From: an uncultured Candidatus Saccharibacteria bacterium
Lineage (GTDB): Bacteria; Patescibacteriota; Minisyncoccia; Phycocordibacterales; DSPV01
Length of the DNA stretch: 51,360 nucleotides
Assembly: GCA_964574355.1 (NCBI GenBank)
Contig: CAZNMD010000005.1
Span: 1-51,360 of the forward strand
Direction of reading: 5' to 3'
The stretch's first letter is position 1, and each line of letters opens with the position of its first letter. The notes under the pieces are model-generated. The model was not told where the DNA came from. It saw only the letters and a program-made list of their open reading frames with translations, and ran no database searches. The position numbers and the translations under genes were made by a program. Shown here piece by piece: positions 1 to 9,723 of this stretch.

Positions 1-147
1 ATGTTCCCAATCATTATGAATGATTGGGAGGAATTAGATCAAGATGATTTTATGTCCCGTTATGGAACACTGGCGCTTCATTCTGGTCTCGATGCTGAAA
101 CAACCATCGAATACGTGCTATCAATAGCTAGAAGTAAGAGACAATAA
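1..147 (+). CDS. hypothetical protein, probably the 3' part of a gene truncated by the window edge
   Basis: Frame 1 is open from base 1 to TAA 145-147 (MFPIIMNDWEELDQDDF...RSKRQ*), followed by a terminator hairpin. Confidence 0.5.
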   Translation: MFPIIMNDWEELDQDDFMSRYGTLALHSGLDAETTIEYVLSIARSKRQ

Positions 148-157
148 CCTTCTTGCT

Positions 158-193
158 AAAACGCCTTTCCCTTAAAACCGGACAGGCGTTTTA
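158..193. terminator. bidirectional intrinsic terminator
   Basis: AAAACGCCT...AGGCGTTTT inverted repeat between convergent genes. Confidence 0.7.
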
Positions 194-212
194 TAAATTA
201 AGTTTTCCAAAA

Positions 213-2183
213 CTATCTCACTTTCCAGTTCTCTTTTGCGTTAAGTGCGACTGTAACTTTTTCCATCACCGCATTTATTTCTATATCAGTGAGTGTTCGG
301 TCTTTTGCTTGGAAAACAAGTCGGAACGCGTATGAAGTTAAAACTGACCCATCAGCTGATTTCTTATCAAAGACATCAAAGAGATCATGACGTACCAAAA
401 GCTCATCGCAAATCGGTGAAATAACACCCCACACTTCATCAGCTTGTATCCCACCCGGTACAAAAACCGCAACATCACGAACAATACATGGGTACAATGA
501 GAACTGCTCGAATGTTACCGCTTCCACTGCAGGTAAAGTAACATCCCATTCTTTTGGCTCAGGTAATGCCGAGATAAGTGCATCGAGATTAAGTTCAAAA
601 ATACCATCCACCTTATTAATCATTCCAATTTGTCTTCCAGAAAGTAAAATCAGTCCACCTGAGTCATCAACGGTGCAAACTGTTTGAACTAGCGCGCCGA
701 GCATAGCGACTAATTCATCGCGCACTTCGCGGACGAGTTCATTGATTGATTTTTCTTTCTTACTTTTTATGCCCGTTATACCAACACAAAGAGAGGTTTG
801 TTCGCCTGTTTTTGGGAAGATTTTTCCGATTTCAAATTCACGAATTTCTTTGGCACCCAAAAGTGCTGCGTTCAGGAGATTCTGCTTCAACGAGTGTTCA
901 ATATTTCTGGTAAGATCGGTGCGAAGGAACTTTTTATCAGCGGCGAGAGGTTTTTCAATTTCAACCTCCCCTGCGGCCGAAAAAGACGAGGTAAACACTT
1001 CGCTAAAACCACGTTCGATTAAAAACGAACGGATTTTATATTCGAAGTAAAATTGTTTATGGAGCACTGGCTGAACTTTTGTTTCTGGCGGCAAAACTTC
1101 TTTTACTTTGTTATAGCCATACAATCGGCCAACCTCTTCAACAACATCTTCGAAAATAACAAGATCCAGTCGCCAATATGGAGGCGTAAGTTCAAGAACC
1201 ACTCCCTTCTTTTCTACTTTTACGTCGAGAAGTTCCAAAATGCGAACCACTACTTGTTCAGGAATTTCGACGCCCAATTTCTTTGAAATGTCTTCGACCC
1301 TAACAGAAAGTGTTTTTTGAGAAAGAGGCGCTGGATACTCATCAACAATTTCTCCAAAAACCGCTTCAGGTGATACCCCATGAATCAAGGCTGAAAATTC
1401 ATTCATAGCAACCAATGCCTGTTCGGGTGAAGGAGCATTTTCAAAACGTTTTGAAGCGTCTGTTTTAATATTAATTGCGATTGCAATTTTACGTAAAAGA
1501 GTTGGGTTAAAATTCGCAGCCTCGAGAATGAGATTTTTTGTCTCACGAGTTACCGCTGCGCGCGTACCACCCTTGATACCAGCAATACCCAAAGGACCCT
1601 CGTCGTCAGCAATAAGAAGCATTGAATCATCAAGTATCACTTCGCGATTGTCCAAGGTTGTCATTTTCTCTCCCTTTTTAGTGCGACGCACCGAAATGTT
1701 TCCTTTCACTTTATCAGCATCGAAGGCATGCAAGGGCTGCCCCATATCGAACATCACAAAATTCGCAGCATCAACGATATTGTTTATAGAGCGCTGACCA
1801 ATGGATGCCAATCGATCACGAAGCCATGTCGGCGAATCACCTACTGTTACATTTTCTACGCGCCGGCCAATATAGCGACGACAATCAGCTGAATCGGAAA
1901 TTTGTATTGAAAGCTTGTCGGTTTTTCCAACATTCAGCTCTGTGCGATTTGGAATAACAATATGTTCACCGATTGCGGCGGCAAGTTCACGCGCTATACC
2001 ACGATGAGAGAGTGCGTAATGGGCACGATCAGGTAGTACCTTAAGATCAATCAATGTATCATCAGCCTTCTTTTCTATTCCCTCAACTTCAAAAACCGCA
2101 AAAGTAAAAATATCAGCCAATTTTTCAGGTGACGAAAGAGGTTTTTTAAAATATGTTTGGAGCCAATTATACGAAACAATCAT
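213..2183 (-). CDS. pheT: phenylalanine--tRNA ligase beta subunit (short form)
   Basis: MIVSYNWL start, PDRAHYALSHRGIARE, B3/4 GQPLHAFD, B5 PYWRLDL..EDVVEEVGR, C-terminal FDX-ACB (RDVAV...RTLTD). Lacks the tRNA-binding OB domain. Confidence 0.97.
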   Translation of the reverse strand: MIVSYNWLQTYFKKPLSSPEKLADIFTFAVFEVEGIEKKADDTLIDLKVLPDRAHYALSHRGIARELAAAIGEHIVIPNRTELNVGKTDKLSIQISDSADCRRYIGRRVENVTVGDSPTWLRDRLASIGQRSINNIVDAANFVMFDMGQPLHAFDADKVKGNISVRRTKKGEKMTTLDNREVILDDSMLLIADDEGPLGIAGIKGGTRAAVTRETKNLILEAANFNPTLLRKIAIAINIKTDASKRFENAPSPEQALVAMNEFSALIHGVSPEAVFGEIVDEYPAPLSQKTLSVRVEDISKKLGVEIPEQVVVRILELLDVKVEKKGVVLELTPPYWRLDLVIFEDVVEEVGRLYGYNKVKEVLPPETKVQPVLHKQFYFEYKIRSFLIERGFSEVFTSSFSAAGEVEIEKPLAADKKFLRTDLTRNIEHSLKQNLLNAALLGAKEIREFEIGKIFPKTGEQTSLCVGITGIKSKKEKSINELVREVRDELVAMLGALVQTVCTVDDSGGLILLSGRQIGMINKVDGIFELNLDALISALPEPKEWDVTLPAVEAVTFEQFSLYPCIVRDVAVFVPGGIQADEVWGVISPICDELLVRHDLFDVFDKKSADGSVLTSYAFRLVFQAKDRTLTDIEINAVMEKVTVALNAKENWKVR

Positions 2184-2190
2184 ACATGTA

Positions 2191-2412
2191 TTATTTTTTG
2201 AAACTCACCAACTCAAACCGTGGAACTTTTTTGCCCTCAAGTTCGACAAATTCTTCAAACATGGAAAGCGGTCGAACCCAATATTTTGATTTATCATTTT
2301 CATACAAGGCTTCGTACACTACAACATCTTCAAGTGTTTCCGAATGCTTAGCAACAAAATACACTTTATACATATTCCCCGTCTTTGAATGTCGATATAA
2401 GCCAGGTTTCAT
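2191..2412 (-). CDS. DUF1653 family protein
   Basis: GLYRHSKTGNMYKV...A.HSETLEDVVVYEALY...WVRPLSMF...RF signature. ATG at 2412 chosen to avoid overlap with pheS. Confidence 0.85.
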   Translation of the reverse strand: MKPGLYRHSKTGNMYKVYFVAKHSETLEDVVVYEALYENDKSKYWVRPLSMFEEFVELEGKKVPRFELVSFKK

Positions 2413-2413
2413 T

Positions 2414-3121
2414 TTAGAATTGGTTAACAAGTCTTAAATCGCCGGAATAGAGCATGCGTACATCAGGGATACCATATTTAACCATAATGATCCGATCAAT
2501 GCCGCCACCGAACGCAAAACCTGTATACCCCTCTAATCCAACCGCTTTAAAAACATTTGGATGAACAAGGCCCGCCCCCATCATTTCAAGCCACTTGCCA
2601 TTAAATTTCACATCAACCTCAACCGCAGGCTCAACAAAAGGAAAAAAACTAGGACGAAATCGAACTTCAGTATCTTTTCCCAAAATTTCTTTAAAAAAGA
2701 GTAAAAGCGTTCCTTTTAAGTGCGCCAATGAGACATCTTTATCAACATACAATCCTTCAAGCTGAAAAAATTGTGCTTCATGGGTTGCATCCGTTGCTTC
2801 GTTTCGAAACACTTTTCCAGGAACAATAATTTTGTACGGTGGTTTTTGTCCGGCCTTAAATTTTTCTTCCATATACCGAATCTGAACGGGAGACGTATGC
2901 GTTCGTAAAAGCTTCCGAGTATCAGAAGGTTTCAACCAAAAAGTATCCTGCATATCCCGCGCCGGATGATCTTTCGGAAAATTTAGAGCATCAAAATTGT
3001 AGTGTTCCTCTTCGGCTTCCGGCCCAGTAGCTATCTCAAAACCAAGCTTCGCAAAAATAGCATAAATCTCTGCTATTGCCCGTGAAATCGGATGCATATG
3101 ACCTTGTGGTGCCTTGTTCAT
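2414..3121 (-). CDS. pheS: phenylalanine--tRNA ligase alpha subunit (catalytic core only)
   Basis: HPARDMQDTF, LRTHTSPVQIR, PGKVFR, FRPSFFPFVEP and GFAFG motifs. TATACT lies 6 nt before ATG 3121. Confidence 0.97.
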   Translation of the reverse strand: MNKAPQGHMHPISRAIAEIYAIFAKLGFEIATGPEAEEEHYNFDALNFPKDHPARDMQDTFWLKPSDTRKLLRTHTSPVQIRYMEEKFKAGQKPPYKIIVPGKVFRNEATDATHEAQFFQLEGLYVDKDVSLAHLKGTLLLFFKEILGKDTEVRFRPSFFPFVEPAVEVDVKFNGKWLEMMGAGLVHPNVFKAVGLEGYTGFAFGGGIDRIIMVKYGIPDVRMLYSGDLRLVNQF

Positions 3122-3160
3122 AGAATAAGTATAACCTATCACAACTTGTATATATCATGT

Positions 3161-3195
3161 AACAAAAAAGAACGTACCCTACGTTCTTTTTTGTT
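3161..3195 (-). terminator. terminator hairpin after tRNA-Thr
   Basis: AACAAAAAAGAACGTA-CCC-TACGTTCTTTTTTGTT perfect inverted repeat. Confidence 0.75.
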
Positions 3196-3196
3196 T

Positions 3197-3272
3197 TGGA
3201 GCCAGAGGTCGGACTTGAACCGACGACAGCCGCTTTACAAAAGCGGTGCTCTACCAACTGAGCTACTCTGGC
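3197..3272 (-). tRNA. tRNA-Thr(TGT)
   Basis: GCCAGAG acceptor, CCGCT-TTTGTAA-AGCGG anticodon arm, GGTTCAAGTCC T-arm, encoded CCA. Confidence 0.97.
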
Positions 3273-3317
3273 GCATACTGATTTTAACCTTCTATTTTTA
3301 TTTGTGCCATCTTTGGC

Positions 3318-3533
3318 ATACCTACCAAGACAGCATACTCTGGCATATATTTTATTTTCAAACTATATCTCTTCTGTGCAGTATTTGCTATACCTACCAA
3401 AACAGCATACCCCGGCACACATCATATTCTCAAACACTATTTCTAATGTGCTGTTTTTAATATACCTACCAAGACAGCATACTCTGTGACGTATATTTTG
3501 TTCTCAAACACTACCTCCATTGCACTAACAACA
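3318..3533. repeat. three diverged 72-bp tandem repeats
   Basis: ATACCTACCAARACAGCATAC starts at 3318, 3390 and 3462; the rest of each unit is also similar (TTYTCAAAC). Confidence 0.9.
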
Positions 3534-3593
3534 CTTCACTCCCTCTTTTTGGCCGACTTCAACAATACCGTCTCAATCAAAACCCTGCAAGTC

Positions 3594-3998
3594 CTATTCT
3601 TTCGGAGGAAAAATATCCTCATCATTATGCAAACTTTTTTTATGTTCAGTAATTGTACGTAAAAAACTAGATACCGAGCCTTGACCTTTCAGTGATACAC
3701 GTCGCTTCTCTGCTCGATCACGTAATCGTGCCGACATGCGTCTCATACGAACAATCGTGCCCGCAAAAATAGACCGAACAAACTTTGCCACCACCGCAGC
3801 TATCCTATCAACAACAAGTACTCCCGCATGAAGGGTTGTGTCAACAAAGGAAATAATTGCATGATCAGAGCTACTCCTGAACCGAGAAAAAAACACACGT
3901 CGACCAACTGACCGTTCAACACCGGCAAGAATAAGCAGGCACATAGTTCCAAGCAACGATGAGTAAAAAACAACGATTGTTGCCATATACATAGACAT
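3594..3998 (-). CDS. hypothetical membrane protein
   Basis: 134-aa ORF directly downstream of tsf, with an N-terminal hydrophobic helix and basic C-terminus. Confidence 0.7.
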   Translation of the reverse strand: MSMYMATIVVFYSSLLGTMCLLILAGVERSVGRRVFFSRFRSSSDHAIISFVDTTLHAGVLVVDRIAAVVAKFVRSIFAGTIVRMRRMSARLRDRAEKRRVSLKGQGSVSSFLRTITEHKKSLHNDEDIFPPKE

Positions 3999-4005
3999 CT
4001 ATCTA

Positions 4006-4593
4006 CTACTGCACCTCGACAGCAAATCGTGTGTACTGACCAATATCTATTTTTTCACCAAACTTTTGTATCGCAGAAGAAAGTAATTCAGATACGGTCT
4101 GTTCTTCATTTTTTATATATGGCTGTTCCAAAAGAACTCGCTCTTTAAAGTACGCGGCAACCTTACCCGCAAGAATCTTTTCCTTCATATCTCCTGTCTT
4201 ACCAGTGACATCTTTTTCAAATGCTTTCATTACAGATATTTTTGCCTCCTCAGTAACATCTTCCATTTTTATATACTCAGGCTTGGTTGCGGCAATTTGC
4301 ATGGCAATGGAATACGCAAGATCACGAAACTCCTCGTTACGAGCAACAAAATCTGTTTCACATCGAAGAAGTACCATACTCGCCACAGTACCGGCTCCGT
4401 GAACGTAAGATGCAATTGTACCAGCTTTAAAAACGCGGTCGGCTTTCTTTCCTGCCACATCCGCACCTTTTTTCTTGAGAAGAATGAGAGCTTTCTCAAC
4501 ATCACCATTTGCTTCCTCAAGAGCCTTTTTACACTGCATAACCGAAATTCCAGTTCGGTCACGTAAGTCTTTTACTTGTTCTGTAGAAATCAT
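4006..4593 (-). CDS. tsf: elongation factor Ts (short form)
   Basis: VKDLRDRTGISVMQCKKAL and LRCETDFVA motifs. Start MISTEQ at 4593. Confidence 0.96.
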   Translation of the reverse strand: MISTEQVKDLRDRTGISVMQCKKALEEANGDVEKALILLKKKGADVAGKKADRVFKAGTIASYVHGAGTVASMVLLRCETDFVARNEEFRDLAYSIAMQIAATKPEYIKMEDVTEEAKISVMKAFEKDVTGKTGDMKEKILAGKVAAYFKERVLLEQPYIKNEEQTVSELLSSAIQKFGEKIDIGQYTRFAVEVQ

Positions 4594-4692
4594 AGCTATA
4601 TTCTGCAAAATAATAACGATAGAGATAATTGTAACATGGGTCGTTAACAAAAAACGACGCAGATGAACCTAACACGTCTCAGCGAAAATACT

Positions 4693-5451
4693 TTATTTAG
4701 CTTCAACCTTCACACCGTCAACAGCAGCTGATGGTGCAGGACGAGATTTAACTCCAGCCTCGTATGCTTCAACTAACGCTGAAATAACAAGTTCGATACT
4801 CTTAACAGCTGCGTCATTTCCAAGTATTGGAACATCAACCAAAGAAAGATCACAATCAGAACTTGAGAAAGCAATCACTGGAACATTCATAGATTTTGCT
4901 TCACGAACAGCAATTTGCTCACGCTTCGCATCAACAACAAACAAGGCATGAGGCTTACTTTTCATTGGAACCAACCCATTAAAGAGTCGGGAGAGACGTT
5001 CAATTTCTCGATCAAAAAGCAATCGTTCGCGTTTTGTATATTTACCAAACTCACCACGCTCACGCTCGCCTCGAAGCAATTCTAGTCGTTCAACACGGCT
5101 TCTTATTTCGGCAAAATTAGTCAACGTACCTCCAATCCAGCGACCAGCAATGTATGGCATAGAAAGTCGAATAGCTGCCGCCTTGAGCAACTCTCGAGCT
5201 TCCCCTTTTCCTGTAGCGAACAAAACGACTTTTCGTTCTGCTCCTAATTTTTTCATATGTTCTACCGCCTCAGAAAAAAGTTTTGAGGTCTTTTCCAAAT
5301 CAAAAATTTCAACACGATTTTTTCGGCCAAAAATGAAAGGACTAACGGAAGGGTGGCGACGAGCTCGAGAAAGCCCAAAATGTGCGCCGACATTAAAAAG
5401 GCGCCCTATTTGGGGATCCATTGGAAATTGAATGGTTGGTTTTTCCTGCAT
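4693..5451 (-). CDS. rpsB: 30S ribosomal protein S2
   Basis: GAHFG, RWIGGTLTNF, AVREA and PILGND motifs; adjacent to tsf. Confidence 0.96.
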   Translation of the reverse strand: MQEKPTIQFPMDPQIGRLFNVGAHFGLSRARRHPSVSPFIFGRKNRVEIFDLEKTSKLFSEAVEHMKKLGAERKVVLFATGKGEARELLKAAAIRLSMPYIAGRWIGGTLTNFAEIRSRVERLELLRGERERGEFGKYTKRERLLFDREIERLSRLFNGLVPMKSKPHALFVVDAKREQIAVREAKSMNVPVIAFSSSDCDLSLVDVPILGNDAAVKSIELVISALVEAYEAGVKSRPAPSAAVDGVKVEAK

Positions 5452-5511
5452 AACGTACGAATGAATATAGCAGACTGGCTATAAGAAGGCAATAGCGGTA
5501 AATAAAATCAC

Positions 5512-6504
5512 TTAAACTGAACTATTTTCCCCTTCACTTGGCTCCTCTGTCGTTCCGGCCGCGGCTGCGGACAACTTCGAAACCATATCATCAATGTCAC
5601 CGGCAAAAAATCGATCAAGATTATGCCATGATTCTTTAATTCTATGATCAGTAACTCGATCTTGAAGAATGTTGTACGTTCTGATTTTTTCAGACCGATC
5701 AGCAGTGCCAATTTGACTCTTTCTCTCGCTGGCATGCTTTTTGGCGGACTCTTCCTCTTCTCTTTGCTCAAGCTTTGCCATAAGCATGGACATTGCTTGT
5801 TCTCGATTCTTTAACTGACTACGTTCAGACGTACAACGTACCGCAATACCTGTTGCCTTATGAATAAGACGAACCGCAGTCTCAACTTTATTCACATTCT
5901 GCCCACCCTTACCACCCGCACGAGAAAACTCCATCTCAATATCACTCTCTTTAATCTCAATTGTATGTTTCTTTCTAATAGGCATGACCGCAACAGACGC
6001 CGTTGAAGTATGAATACGTCCTGATTTTTCGGTTGGAGGAACACGTTGAATTCTATGCACTCCGGTTTCAAAACGAAGAGCTTCGTAAGCACCTTTTCCT
6101 TTAATTTCAAACGAAGCTTCCTTATAACCACCTAAATCAGACTTAGCCTCATCAAGAGTTAAAAAAGTCCAACCCTTCTTTTTGCCATATTCCCGATACA
6201 TCGAAGAAAGTTTTTCGGCAAAAAGTGCAGCCTCCTCACCTCCAGCACCTGCACGAACTTCTAAAATTAATTCGTTTGGGAAAGCTTCCTCTTTTTCTTC
6301 TTCAGTCAAAATTGACTCAATCTGATCTAAAACAACTTTCTTTTCTTTACCAATACGAAGAATCTCATCATCTGCCAATTTTTTCATTTGTGGATCAGCC
6401 GCCAACTCGACCGCCTGAGCCTCCTCTTTTTCATACGACTCCAAAAGAGCCGCCAAGTGAGCGGTTTTTGGATTTGTTTTATACTCCCGTTGATCTCTCA
6501 TCAA
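5512..6504 (-). CDS. prfA: peptide chain release factor 1
   Basis: [28 protein letters not shown] (PxT), GGQNVNK and RSEKIRTYN. Confidence 0.95.
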   Translation of the reverse strand: MMRDQREYKTNPKTAHLAALLESYEKEEAQAVELAADPQMKKLADDEILRIGKEKKVVLDQIESILTEEEKEEAFPNELILEVRAGAGGEEAALFAEKLSSMYREYGKKKGWTFLTLDEAKSDLGGYKEASFEIKGKGAYEALRFETGVHRIQRVPPTEKSGRIHTSTASVAVMPIRKKHTIEIKESDIEMEFSRAGGKGGQNVNKVETAVRLIHKATGIAVRCTSERSQLKNREQAMSMLMAKLEQREEEESAKKHASERKSQIGTADRSEKIRTYNILQDRVTDHRIKESWHNLDRFFAGDIDDMVSKLSAAAAGTTEEPSEGENSSV

Positions 6505-6546
6505 TAATGTAAACGTCCCAAAAGGACGGCCTTGGAAGCAATAAAT

Positions 6547-6774
6547 CTACTTCGCGTCAGCTCCCGCTTTGGCCTTTTTGCCAGCACGAACCTTGAATCG
6601 TTCAACGCGTCCTGCGGTGTCGATAATCTTCTCTGTACCTGTATAAAGAGGATGACATGCACTGCAAATTTCAACTTCAATCTTTTCTTTTGTTGAACCA
6701 ACAACAAAAGAAGCACCACACGCACAGGTTACCTTTGCGTTCGGAAAATAAGTTGGATGAATGTCTTTTTTCAT
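6547..6774 (-). CDS. rpmE: 50S ribosomal protein L31 (zinc-binding type)
   Basis: [30 protein letters not shown]. Confidence 0.97.
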   Translation of the reverse strand: MKKDIHPTYFPNAKVTCACGASFVVGSTKEKIEVEICSACHPLYTGTEKIIDTAGRVERFKVRAGKKAKAGADAK

Positions 6775-6819
6775 AGCCGGATTATACTATCAAAGTATTA
6801 GAAAAATGTAAAATTCTCC

Positions 6820-8208
6820 CTAAAAAGCCTCGAGAGGATCAATCATGTTTTCCTGAATATTACGAGCATGTTGAAGCACACTTGTTGCATAACCTCGCCC
6901 TCGAGTTGACCATCCAGCACCTGCATAATAACGAGCCGCTGCCTCAAATTCCGCACTATATCCGCCCTTACCTGCCCCTAAATCATCCAAAAAGAACGAA
7001 CTCGCAAAAAAAGCATCACGAGGCGCCCAAGGGTTTGGAACGGAAACACCAAGAGCGTTTCCAACTCGTTTTTCATACATAACCCATGTCGAAGCAATAA
7101 ATTGAGAAGGTCCCATCGCACCACCATATCCTACAGATTGAGGGCAAGAAACAACTTGATTATACGGATCAAAACCTAATCGTTTTGAAAGCTCTAAGAA
7201 TGGTTCAACGTCGCGACCAACCTTCATAACCCTTTTAAATGGAGTCCCTGTGTTTTTACCTACACCATCTCCTGTTTCAGAATTTTTGAGATAACATTGG
7301 CCAACATTTTGTCCTAAATTTGACTCTTGAGTCAAAATAGCTAAAAGAAAAGCGGGACGAACGCCTGTAATTTTTGAAGCCTCGTTTGCATATTGAAGAG
7401 CTGTACCAAACGGAATTGCAGCACTATCACGCAAAGAAAAGAGGGCTGCACGAATTTCAAACGCGCGTTTTTCACGTTCACTCAAAAGAGCTTTATACTC
7501 TTTCTCCTGCTGACGACTTAATGATAATAAACTCTTTTTCTGGACTTCACTTTTCTGAACCAATCGTTTTTTTTCTTCAACAACTACTCGAGCATCAATT
7601 TCAGCTTTTCGCTCTCGATCAAGCTTTTCTCTTTCTGTTTCAACAACATCTTTATTGAGACGAATTTCTTCAAACAACGAAGCAAGCGCGTCTTTAATTG
7701 ACACAAAAGAATCAAGATCAGAAAAAAAATCAGACAGTTCGCGACTGCTCAACATCACTTCAGCAAGCGAATAACTATCAAGCTCATTTGTCCTTCGAAT
7801 AAGCTGGGAAAGTGATTGTTTACCACGCTCAATTTGGGCATCAAGCTCTCCGATTGTTTTTGTTTTTTCACCAATACCTTTGCCCAGCTTCTCAATAGCA
7901 ATATTTTTCGCACGAATAGAGAGTGTTGCAGCTTCTATTTGAGCATTCAAAATAGAAACATCCCGTTCAATTGATACGGTTTCTCTTTGTTTGCTCTGTA
8001 AAATTTCTTGCTGACGTGCAATCTCTTTTTCTATTTCTGCGAGTTCGCGTTCAAGTTCGGCTCGCTGATCAGCAACAAGAACCCCTGAACTTGAAGCTGT
8101 TTGTGCAACAGAAACAGACGGCACTATAAAAATAAAGAGTGCTACTATGAGGCCAAAACAAATTCTACCTAACTTATGCCGTATACCAATCTGGATCATG
8201 AGTATCAA
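6820..8208 (-). CDS. coiled-coil (PcsB/CwlO-like) protein with a C-terminal lytic transglycosylase domain
   Basis: Signal/TM segment, long coiled coil, then AILTQES, GGAMGPSQFIASTW and NPW..RDA SLT-type motifs. Confidence 0.85.
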   Translation of the reverse strand: MILMIQIGIRHKLGRICFGLIVALFIFIVPSVSVAQTASSSGVLVADQRAELERELAEIEKEIARQQEILQSKQRETVSIERDVSILNAQIEAATLSIRAKNIAIEKLGKGIGEKTKTIGELDAQIERGKQSLSQLIRRTNELDSYSLAEVMLSSRELSDFFSDLDSFVSIKDALASLFEEIRLNKDVVETEREKLDRERKAEIDARVVVEEKKRLVQKSEVQKKSLLSLSRQQEKEYKALLSEREKRAFEIRAALFSLRDSAAIPFGTALQYANEASKITGVRPAFLLAILTQESNLGQNVGQCYLKNSETGDGVGKNTGTPFKRVMKVGRDVEPFLELSKRLGFDPYNQVVSCPQSVGYGGAMGPSQFIASTWVMYEKRVGNALGVSVPNPWAPRDAFFASSFFLDDLGAGKGGYSAEFEAAARYYAGAGWSTRGRGYATSVLQHARNIQENMIDPLEAF

Positions 8209-8222
8209 TTATAACACGCAAC

Positions 8223-8259
8223 AAAAAACCGCTCCGTCGGATAGTAAGGAGCGGTTTTT
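8223..8259 (-). terminator. terminator after rplY
   Basis: AAAAACCGCTCC...GGAGCGGTTTTT inverted repeat. Confidence 0.75.
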
Positions 8260-8270
8260 GCATTAAAAAA

Positions 8271-8948
8271 TTATTTTTTTGCAGCTGGAGCGGCATCCTT
8301 CTTTGCTTCACCGGTATCAGCACCTTCGCCTGCCTCTTCCTCAACTTTGCCTTTCTTCTCAACTTCAATTTGAGAAAGATCCATAACAGGAGCCTCGACT
8401 TCTTCTTTATACGTCGCGACTGAAGCAATAACAGCATCAGGCTTCTCCACAAGATCAACACCTGTTGGAAGAGTAATATCTTTTGCCAAAATCTGACTCT
8501 CAAGAGTTGAGAGCAACGCAATATCAACAGTTAATCCTGAAGGAAGGTTTTTTGGCAAAGCTTCAATTTCCAAAGCATAAATAACCTTTACCAAGGTACC
8601 CCCCAAATCTTTAACCGCAGCAGAAGTACCAGTAAATTCAAGCGGAACGCGAACCTTTACCTTTCGGTCTTTTTCAAGAACATAGAAATCAACATGCTCA
8701 ACTGCTTCCGTAAGAGGATGACGAGTCATATCATTAACAAGAACATCGTGGGTACCCCATGGACCCTCAAGTGAGATAACTGACGATTCTCCAGCATGAA
8801 GCATCGCCTTATCGAAATCTTTTTTATCCATTGAAATCGACTGCGCAGCCTCTTTTCGTCCATAAAACACCGCAGGAATACGGCCATTCTTACGAAGCGC
8901 TGCCGCGGCTGGCTTTGTATCTCTTGTTGTTGCTTTGATACTGATCAT
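8271..8948 (-). CDS. rplY: 50S ribosomal protein L25/CTC
   Basis: LRKNGRIPAVFYG, HVDFY and a C-terminal TL5 domain (PKNLP..VDI..L). Confidence 0.95.
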   Translation of the reverse strand: MISIKATTRDTKPAAAALRKNGRIPAVFYGRKEAAQSISMDKKDFDKAMLHAGESSVISLEGPWGTHDVLVNDMTRHPLTEAVEHVDFYVLEKDRKVKVRVPLEFTGTSAAVKDLGGTLVKVIYALEIEALPKNLPSGLTVDIALLSTLESQILAKDITLPTGVDLVEKPDAVIASVATYKEEVEAPVMDLSQIEVEKKGKVEEEAGEGADTGEAKKDAAPAAKK

Positions 8949-9053
8949 AGATAGTGAGGCATATTATACACGAGAAATTATACCTGGCAAATCAATAACA
9001 TTAACCATTCTGACTAGTTTAAGTTATGCCTTATTAAAACTCTCAACCCGCCT

Positions 9054-9722
9054 TTACCAACATGCGGGAGTATCAAATATTGCAGGATTTGAAATAGCTG
9101 GACAAACCGCCCCAACAGGAAGAGGAGGTAAATCAGTCACGATGACCGAACGTCTTGTCGGCTGAACAGTTGCCGGATTATACATCTCATCTCCAGCAAC
9201 AATATCGGCTCCTTCAATACCACATAACGCTTGAAGCTTATAATGAACACCCGTTGAACGATAACGATACGTTACCCTTGTTCCAGATGTACACGTCGCA
9301 TCAGTAATACCAGGAAATTTAGCCTCTCGAGGATCTTTTGGTAAAGACTTAACAATACCACTGGCAATAAGTCCCGGTATCCAATTACCTCCATTACTAA
9401 AAGAAGCAAGAGGTGGTGTGCCATAAAACCAACGTATATTTGTAGTATTAAAAGTTCCAGACGAACAAAAAGCTGTACCTGGATTACTCGCCGTTCCACC
9501 ACTACCACAAGTCGATGGATACTTTTTATTTATGGCATAATATTTTTCGAGGGCCAATTGTAAATTTTTTATATCCGATCGTCGAATATTATCTGCACCT
9601 CGAGCTCGATAGCTCATTAAATTTGGAAAAACAACTGCGGAAAATATTCCGATCAGCACCATAACAACCAAAAGTTCAATAAGAGTAAATCCTTTCTTTT
9701 TTACACTAAAATTACCATTCAT
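9054..9722 (-). CDS. type IV pilin / pseudopilin (GspG-like) with prepilin cleavage site
   Basis: KKG-FTLIELLVVM class III signal, R.SDIKNLQLALEKYY..YP and LPKDP. Confidence 0.9.
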   Translation of the reverse strand: MNGNFSVKKKGFTLIELLVVMVLIGIFSAVVFPNLMSYRARGADNIRRSDIKNLQLALEKYYAINKKYPSTCGSGGTASNPGTAFCSSGTFNTTNIRWFYGTPPLASFSNGGNWIPGLIASGIVKSLPKDPREAKFPGITDATCTSGTRVTYRYRSTGVHYKLQALCGIEGADIVAGDEMYNPATVQPTRRSVIVTDLPPLPVGAVCPAISNPAIFDTPACW

Positions 9723-9723
9723 C

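Noticed and set aside
3304-3489. 61-aa ORF with YLPRQHT repeats
   Set aside because: A by-product of the 72-bp (3n) repeat; no initiation signal seen.
3318-3533. CRISPR array
   Set aside because: The would-be spacers are homologous to each other, there are only three units, and no cas gene is in the window.
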